Below, in pieces: positions 59,204 to 64,000 of a DNA stretch of 64,000 bases (the first letter of the stretch is position 1; each line of letters opens with the position of its first letter). The stretch is from an uncultured delta proteobacterium (lineage in GTDB: Bacteria; Desulfobacterota; RBG-13-43-22): NCBI GenBank assembly GCA_963711835.1, contig CAVQFQ010000017.1:288001-352000 (forward strand). The letters run 5' to 3'. Both the position numbers and the translations under genes were made by a program. Under the pieces are notes generated by a model. The model had not been told where the DNA came from and did no database searches. It was given only the letters and a program-made list of their open reading frames with translations.

Positions 59204-59255
59204 AGGCGGGCGGTCGTACAAATCAGGGGAGGGGCCTTTGGGTGCAGGCGAGTAA

Positions 59256-59296
59256 AAGCAAAAAGGGGGTTGAAATGGTTTCAACCCCCTTTTTTA
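59256..59296 (-). terminator. Intrinsic terminator, probably bidirectional
   Basis: AAAAAGGGGGTTGAAA-TGG-TTTCAACCCCCTTTTT between convergent genes. Confidence 0.85.
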
Positions 59297-59318
59297 GTTG
59301 CTTGTAAGTTGGTGGCTC

Positions 59319-59522
59319 TTACAGGGTTTTTACATTGACCGCTGCCGGTCCTTTGTTGCCCTGCTCGATGTCAAAGCTTACCCGCTGGCCCTCATAGAGC
59401 GTACGGAAGCCCTGCATTTCGATAGCCGAATGATGGATAAAAACATCCTTCTCCTGACCATCGACCTCGATAAAGCCAAAGCCTTTGTTCTCATTGAACC
59501 ACTTTACGCGTCCTTCTGGCAT
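59319..59522 (-). CDS. cspA: Cold-shock protein
   Basis: [20 protein letters not shown]; TTGACA-17-TATTAT promoter (59711-59683) gives a long 5' UTR. Confidence 0.95.
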   Translation of the reverse strand: MPEGRVKWFNENKGFGFIEVDGQEKDVFIHHSAIEMQGFRTLYEGQRVSFDIEQGNKGPAAVNVKTL

Positions 59523-59893
59523 AGTCGTATTCCTCCTCCTGAAATATTTCTCAAGTTGGGATACGACCTAAAAATAAAAGGCATCGACCTGAAAAGCTTC
59601 GATGCCTTGAACTGTCGACTTAATCACCAACTCCGACCGCCACCCTGTCCCGAAAGGGTGAATGACGGATTTACTGCGTGTTATAATAAATGCTGGAAAA
59701 GGTTATGTCAAGTTTTTTTTCAACAGGAATCGGGTGCGGCTCATAAAATATATTACTTATAGATATCATTAGATATTTTTGCCAATAGTACCTTTGGAAT
59801 TTTTTTGTTTGTTTTTTGGCAAAGAAAGTTTCTTGCATACCTGCAACTCCTTATCAGCTAAGGATTTGCGACAAATGAATGGCTGTTCAACTT

Positions 59894-60106
59894 TTTTTGC
59901 CACAGACACACGCAGACAAAGGCGGACATTTTTTTAGCCGGGCGACTTGCCCGGCTAAAGAGCCATCGCTGACGCGAACAGACATGCTCGTTAAGTTGAT
60001 ATTGCTCGTTAGCCCAAGTCTTTAGTGCCCGAAGGACGGACGGTTAGGGTAGCGGCAGGTCGCTGTCCCGCTGCAAGCGGGATCCTGCCGTTGTCTTTGG
60101 CAAAAA
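59894..60106. repeat. ~210-bp MITE-like element with terminal inverted repeats
   Basis: TTTTTGCCACAGACA ... TGTCTTTGGCAAAAA (1 mismatch), with internal GGCGACTTGCC-loop hairpins; a related partial copy at 52874-52922. Confidence 0.6.
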
Positions 60107-60126
60107 TCTTTTCCAAATCTTTCGGG

Positions 60127-60588
60127 TTAGGAGTTAAGGGACGATCTAATATCTTCGGCAATGGAATGAATAAGACCGGGAAGTTTTTCCAGTAAAGGGG
60201 GGGATAATTCTTCCCCGAAGGAAACCGGATTTTCTATTTCAATCCCGTAAATTCCGGCAACCTCCGGCATCTGGAGTCCCAGGCTCTTCCCTAATTCGAG
60301 CAAATCAAAAAAATCCAAGCCATGGGAGGAGAAAAGGTGCCTGGCTCCCTCTCCCGATGGTACTTTTTTCAATTCACCAGGATCGTTTTTACCTGAAACC
60401 AAGGCGTCGATCAGAAAGAGTTTTTCATATCCCTTTAAATGATCCAGTAGATTAAGACCCACCATCTGGGTGGTCGCTACCTGGGCATTCGGAATTTTTC
60501 CCTCGAGGGCCCGAGCGATGCATAACCCCACCCCGTCGTCGGACAGGATGGGGTTTCCCATTCCTAAGATCAAGGTCTTCATGGTCAT
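60127..60588 (-). CDS. Hydrogenase maturation protease
   Basis: LGMGNPILSDDGVG, LIDA, SSHG. Confidence 0.93.
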   Translation of the reverse strand: MTMKTLILGMGNPILSDDGVGLCIARALEGKIPNAQVATTQMVGLNLLDHLKGYEKLFLIDALVSGKNDPGELKKVPSGEGARHLFSSHGLDFFDLLELGKSLGLQMPEVAGIYGIEIENPVSFGEELSPPLLEKLPGLIHSIAEDIRSSLNS

Positions 60589-62051
60589 TAAGGTCGGGTA
60601 ATGGTTCGGATTACAACCCCCTTTTTATCTCGGATGGTAACGGTCAGGGGTATGTGTCCCGGCAGGGAGTGCGTGGCGCAGGACAAACAAGGGTCATAGG
60701 CCCTGAAGGCCATTTCCACCCGATTTAACAGTCCCTCCTTTACCTCGGTTCCCCGAATAAATTCCTGGGCGGCTTTTTTTACCGATAAACAGATAGGCGC
60801 GGCATTATTTTGGGTGGCTACAATCAGGTTAACCTTGGTTATTATCCCCTTATCATCCGTTTCATAGTCATGGAAAAGCGTACCCCGCGGGGCTTCTACG
60901 CACCCCACCCCTTTTCGGGTTAATTTCAAGTTCATATTACGGATATCTTTGCTGGTTAATAAAGGATCATTGGCAATGATCTGGTTGTGCTCGGCGGCCT
61001 GAAGGGCGCAAATTAGGCGGGCCCAGTGCATGGCCAGGGTATGATGGGCGGGTTTGCCGCCCAGGGTATCGAACATCTGCTCATATTCCTTTTGAGCCAG
61101 GGGGGTAGCCATGCCATCGGCCACATTGAGCCTGGCCAAAGGGGCTACGCGGTAGAGAGAGGTCCCTTCCCCTTCGATTAATCCTTTCCAGCCGAGTTTT
61201 CGTAAATGATTCAGCTTAATATAGGTCCAGGGTTCGACCCATTCACCGATGTGTTCTACATAGTCCTTGGGATCGAAGAGGGCGAATTCGTTCCCTTTGG
61301 GATCAATAACGCGAACCTTACCGTCATAAAAGGATACCTTTTTGTTCTCGTCTACCAGGGACATATAGTAGGTCTTCAGGTTATAAGCGTCACTGAGGAT
61401 CATATCCAGGTATTCCTTATTCCCAAGTACGACGTCTTTAAATAACTGCATGGCAAACTGGGCGAATTCAACGGAATAATCCGTGGTTTCCTTGATCCAT
61501 TTCCTTTCGTCCTCGGTTATGCCCCGAGGAACCCCCCCGGGCAGCCCTCCTTCCGGATGCGGGGCCTTGGAGAAGATCAATTTAATGATCTCCCGGTTCC
61601 TTTTGCGGACCTCGATGACTTTAGAGCCGATCTCCAGGCCGACTTTTCCCAGGACCCCCAAGATATTCCTTTCTGAAGGATCGGCATCAGGCCCAAGTAC
61701 AAAATCCGGGGCAGCCAAAAAGAAAAAATGGATATAATGATCTTCGACATAGAAAGCGTTGAACTCGAGCTGTCGGATTAATTTGGCCGTCGGGGTGGGT
61801 TCGACCCCATACAGGGCATCCAGGGCCTTGGTGGCGGCCATGTGGTGAGCCGAAGGACAGACGCCACAAATGTTCGGGACGATCCGGGTCATTTCCTCTG
61901 CCGGTCTTCCCAGACAAAACCGTTCAAAACCCCGCAACTCAGCCACCTGCCAGAAGGCGTCATCAACTTGCCCCTGGTCGTTAAGAAAAATCTCTATTTT
62001 CCCATGGCCCTCCAGTCGCGTTATCGGATTGATCGTTATTTTTCCTGGCAT
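60588..62051 (-). CDS. mvhA: [NiFe] hydrogenase large subunit, group 3c (MvhA-like)
   Basis: ITRLEGH, RGFE, ICGVC, EAPRG, RAYDPCLSCATH plus a cleavable C-terminal tail. Confidence 0.92.
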   Translation of the reverse strand: MPGKITINPITRLEGHGKIEIFLNDQGQVDDAFWQVAELRGFERFCLGRPAEEMTRIVPNICGVCPSAHHMAATKALDALYGVEPTPTAKLIRQLEFNAFYVEDHYIHFFFLAAPDFVLGPDADPSERNILGVLGKVGLEIGSKVIEVRKRNREIIKLIFSKAPHPEGGLPGGVPRGITEDERKWIKETTDYSVEFAQFAMQLFKDVVLGNKEYLDMILSDAYNLKTYYMSLVDENKKVSFYDGKVRVIDPKGNEFALFDPKDYVEHIGEWVEPWTYIKLNHLRKLGWKGLIEGEGTSLYRVAPLARLNVADGMATPLAQKEYEQMFDTLGGKPAHHTLAMHWARLICALQAAEHNQIIANDPLLTSKDIRNMNLKLTRKGVGCVEAPRGTLFHDYETDDKGIITKVNLIVATQNNAAPICLSVKKAAQEFIRGTEVKEGLLNRVEMAFRAYDPCLSCATHSLPGHIPLTVTIRDKKGVVIRTITRP

Positions 62052-62053
62052 TT

Positions 62054-63037
62054 TTATTCCTCCATCTCTTTCCTGGGCTTCATCCTCCCCAAGATTGAAG
62101 AGGGTTGGGTAAAACGATAAAAATATCCCGCGGGATCAACGAGGGAATCGATTACCTCTCGTATCTCCTCATCTTTTTCGGCTTTGATTAAAGAGGCCAA
62201 GGCAGACAGATATTTGGGGCCGGCCCCCACTACCCCTGGAGGAGGACCGAAGCAGCCTCGGCAGGGAACGTTGGTCTGGATACAGCTTTCCCCACACCCG
62301 GTACGGGTTACCGGGCCCAGACAAAGGATACCCTCAGCCAGAAAACAGGCATTGGGATCCGCCTCCACTTCATGGATCCTTTTAAATTGCTTAATTTCTA
62401 TCCGGTGGGGTTTCAATTTATTGCGTGGGCAGGTGTCGCATAAGGCCGTACGGGGTGCCAGGGTGGACCCTTTGGGAGGGAGGTCGCCGGCAATGACGGC
62501 ATTGACGGCACTGGCAATCAAACCCGGCGGAGGCGGACATCCGGGCAGATAAAAATCTACATCGATGAGCAGGTCCAGACAATAGACATGTTCATAAAAT
62601 TCCGGAAGAGTCAAGACCTTGCCATTGATCCGGGTTTCTGTTTGGGGGAACTTGGTTTCGGGGTTCACTACCGTAGGGGCATCCCGATAGACCCAGTTAA
62701 AGATATCTTCCTTGCTTGTAAAGTTGGCCAGGCCGGCTGTTCCTCCAAAACAGGCGCAGGCCCCTAAGGCTAAAACCAGTTTAGATTTTTTTCTGAGGAG
62801 CTTGGCGATTTCTTCATGATCAGAATTTCTCACCGCTCCGGAAAGGATACTCAAGGTGATTTCTTCATCCTTCAGGGATTCTATGTGACTATATTTAAAA
62901 TCCATAGCCACCGGCCAGAGAACAATATCTACGGCCTGGGCTACCTCCAGAAGGGTTTCATTTAAGTCCACTATGGATTCATCGCATCCGGCACAGGCAC
63001 TTAACCAATAGATGGCTACTTTGGGCTTATCAGCCAT
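62054..63037 (-). CDS. mvhG: [NiFe] hydrogenase small subunit (MvhG-like)
   Basis: ACAGC, GACACFGG, PGCPP, LCDTC, CLGPVT..GC...C...PCRGC. Confidence 0.92.
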   Translation of the reverse strand: MADKPKVAIYWLSACAGCDESIVDLNETLLEVAQAVDIVLWPVAMDFKYSHIESLKDEEITLSILSGAVRNSDHEEIAKLLRKKSKLVLALGACACFGGTAGLANFTSKEDIFNWVYRDAPTVVNPETKFPQTETRINGKVLTLPEFYEHVYCLDLLIDVDFYLPGCPPPPGLIASAVNAVIAGDLPPKGSTLAPRTALCDTCPRNKLKPHRIEIKQFKRIHEVEADPNACFLAEGILCLGPVTRTGCGESCIQTNVPCRGCFGPPPGVVGAGPKYLSALASLIKAEKDEEIREVIDSLVDPAGYFYRFTQPSSILGRMKPRKEMEE

Positions 63038-63054
63038 TTTGCATTCCTCCTTTT

Positions 63055-63450
63055 TTACAGCCGCTTGATCGGACCAAGTTTGGTAAGGGTTTTCTCCATC
63101 TTAGTTATCAGGGGAGGGATACTTTTCCCCTCGGGGTCCAGGGAAAATTTCATTTCAACCCTTTGCGGTTCAATGCCAAAAGTTTCTAGGACCTTGCGAA
63201 GGAGAAGCACTTTTTTCTTGGTCTGAATGTTCCCATCCTGATAGTGACAATGACCCTCGGAGCAGCCCAAAATCAGAACCCCATCGGCTCCTGAACGGAA
63301 GGCCTTAAGGATATGACTGGTATCGATCTTGCCGCTGCAGACCACAGGTATCCAGTTGGCGATCCTGGATGCCCGGCCAGATTCTCCGGAAAGATAGTCC
63401 CAACCGAACTTGCAGGAAAAACATACTAACTTAGGATTATATTCTGCCAT
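63055..63450 (-). CDS. mvhD: MvhD-like [2Fe-2S] subunit
   Basis: CSGKI, GADGVLILGC..GHCHY..GN. Confidence 0.88.
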   Translation of the reverse strand: MAEYNPKLVCFSCKFGWDYLSGESGRASRIANWIPVVCSGKIDTSHILKAFRSGADGVLILGCSEGHCHYQDGNIQTKKKVLLLRKVLETFGIEPQRVEMKFSLDPEGKSIPPLITKMEKTLTKLGPIKRL

Positions 63451-63470
63451 GTCCCATCTCCTATGCTGAT

Positions 63471-64000
63471 TTATAGCGAGGCATATACTGCTTTGATTCT
63501 GTTTTCCATATTATCCCCTACCAACTTCCTGGCGTCGGAGGGGCAAGCCACAACGCACATCCCGCAGGATTTGCACTTGAAGGTGTCGGTAAATGAAATC
63601 CTTCTGGTTTCAACATCCTTGAGTTGGGCCGCATCATAGTTGCAGACCGAGACACAAATACCACAACCGCAACAGCGGTCTTTATTGACTTCAACGGTGG
63701 GTAAGGACTCCTGGATGCCAATGGAGAGGCAGGCCTTGCAGGAGATACAAGGCCCGCAGCTCAAACACCTCCTGGCCTCGTCAATAGCTTCCGGCAAGGT
63801 AAATCCTCTTTCAAATATCTGAAAATGCATTCTTTTTTCCGGCGGGATCCAGAGGACCTCCGGTTCGGTTAGATAATGGCTTCGCCGGGGAATGTCTTGG
63901 GCCTCATACACCCTTGGGCTGATTTCTTTCAGACTCAGGCCGCGTAAATACCGTTCAATCGATTCGGCCGCAATCAAACCATCCTTCTGGGCATCGGCCA
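63471..64000 (-). CDS. C-terminal part of an HdrA/HdrL- or GltD-like FAD oxidoreductase with a ferredoxin tail (5' end outside the window)
   Basis: GLIAAESIERYL, EARRCLSCG.C..C..C, CCGCGICVSVC, CKSCGMCVVACP. Confidence 0.75.
   Translation of the reverse strand, partial: ADAQKDGLIAAESIERYLRGLSLKEISPRVYEAQDIPRRSHYLTEPEVLWIPPEKRMHFQIFERGFTLPEAIDEARRCLSCGPCISCKACLSIGIQESLPTVEVNKDRCCGCGICVSVCNYDAAQLKDVETRRISFTDTFKCKSCGMCVVACPSDARKLVGDNMENRIKAVYASL

Noticed and set aside
60588-63450. Selenocysteine recoding in the hydrogenase, MvhD or the Mo-enzymes
   Set aside because: The relevant positions are Cys codons (e.g. DPCLSC); the split genes are frame changes, not in-frame TGA.
1-64000. CRISPR array, tRNA, rRNA, prophage
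   Set aside because: No regularly spaced repeat-spacer units, cloverleaf motifs, rRNA signatures or phage genes were seen.

Overview
Chromosomal segment (~50-55% GC by eye) of an anaerobic Desulfobacterota-like (deltaproteobacterial) organism; the taxonomy is inferred from gene content. Left to right: a GAF protein/PAS kinase, a frameshifted acetylene-hydratase-family molybdopterin enzyme, corA, a sigma54-controlled Orange-protein (ORP)-type cluster, and a tandem DsrC/TusE-fold protein between two gene relics. Next is a large sigma54 operon with two TauE/SafE transporters, a PEP-synthase-like dikinase, two cytidylate-kinase-like proteins and several two-component proteins. Then come a Cys-rich non-lipoylatable GcvH-like/archaemetzincin/TCS module, a cytoplasmic Phs/Psr-like Mo-enzyme with NuoE, NuoF-GltD and NuoG-like subunits divergent from FeS-gcvH-lpdA, and B12-riboswitch-controlled cobT. 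The right part holds a TIR-flanked Y1 (RAYT-like) transposase, a lipB-lipA fusion, a split TSUP, two PIN TA loci, a split dsbD, Ig-like lipoproteins, a porin, a GH13, an amidohydrolase, csp and an Mvh-type [NiFe] hydrogenase operon. The most striking non-genic signal is a small GIY-YIG nuclease gene enclosed exactly by a perfect 28-bp pair of CGTC-type palindromic repeats. Gene-less copies of the same repeat doublet occur elsewhere in the window, one translated in-frame as the LipB-LipA linker, suggesting an autonomous/non-autonomous element family. At least five frameshifts are present and most may be assembly errors. No rRNA, tRNA or CRISPR was seen.
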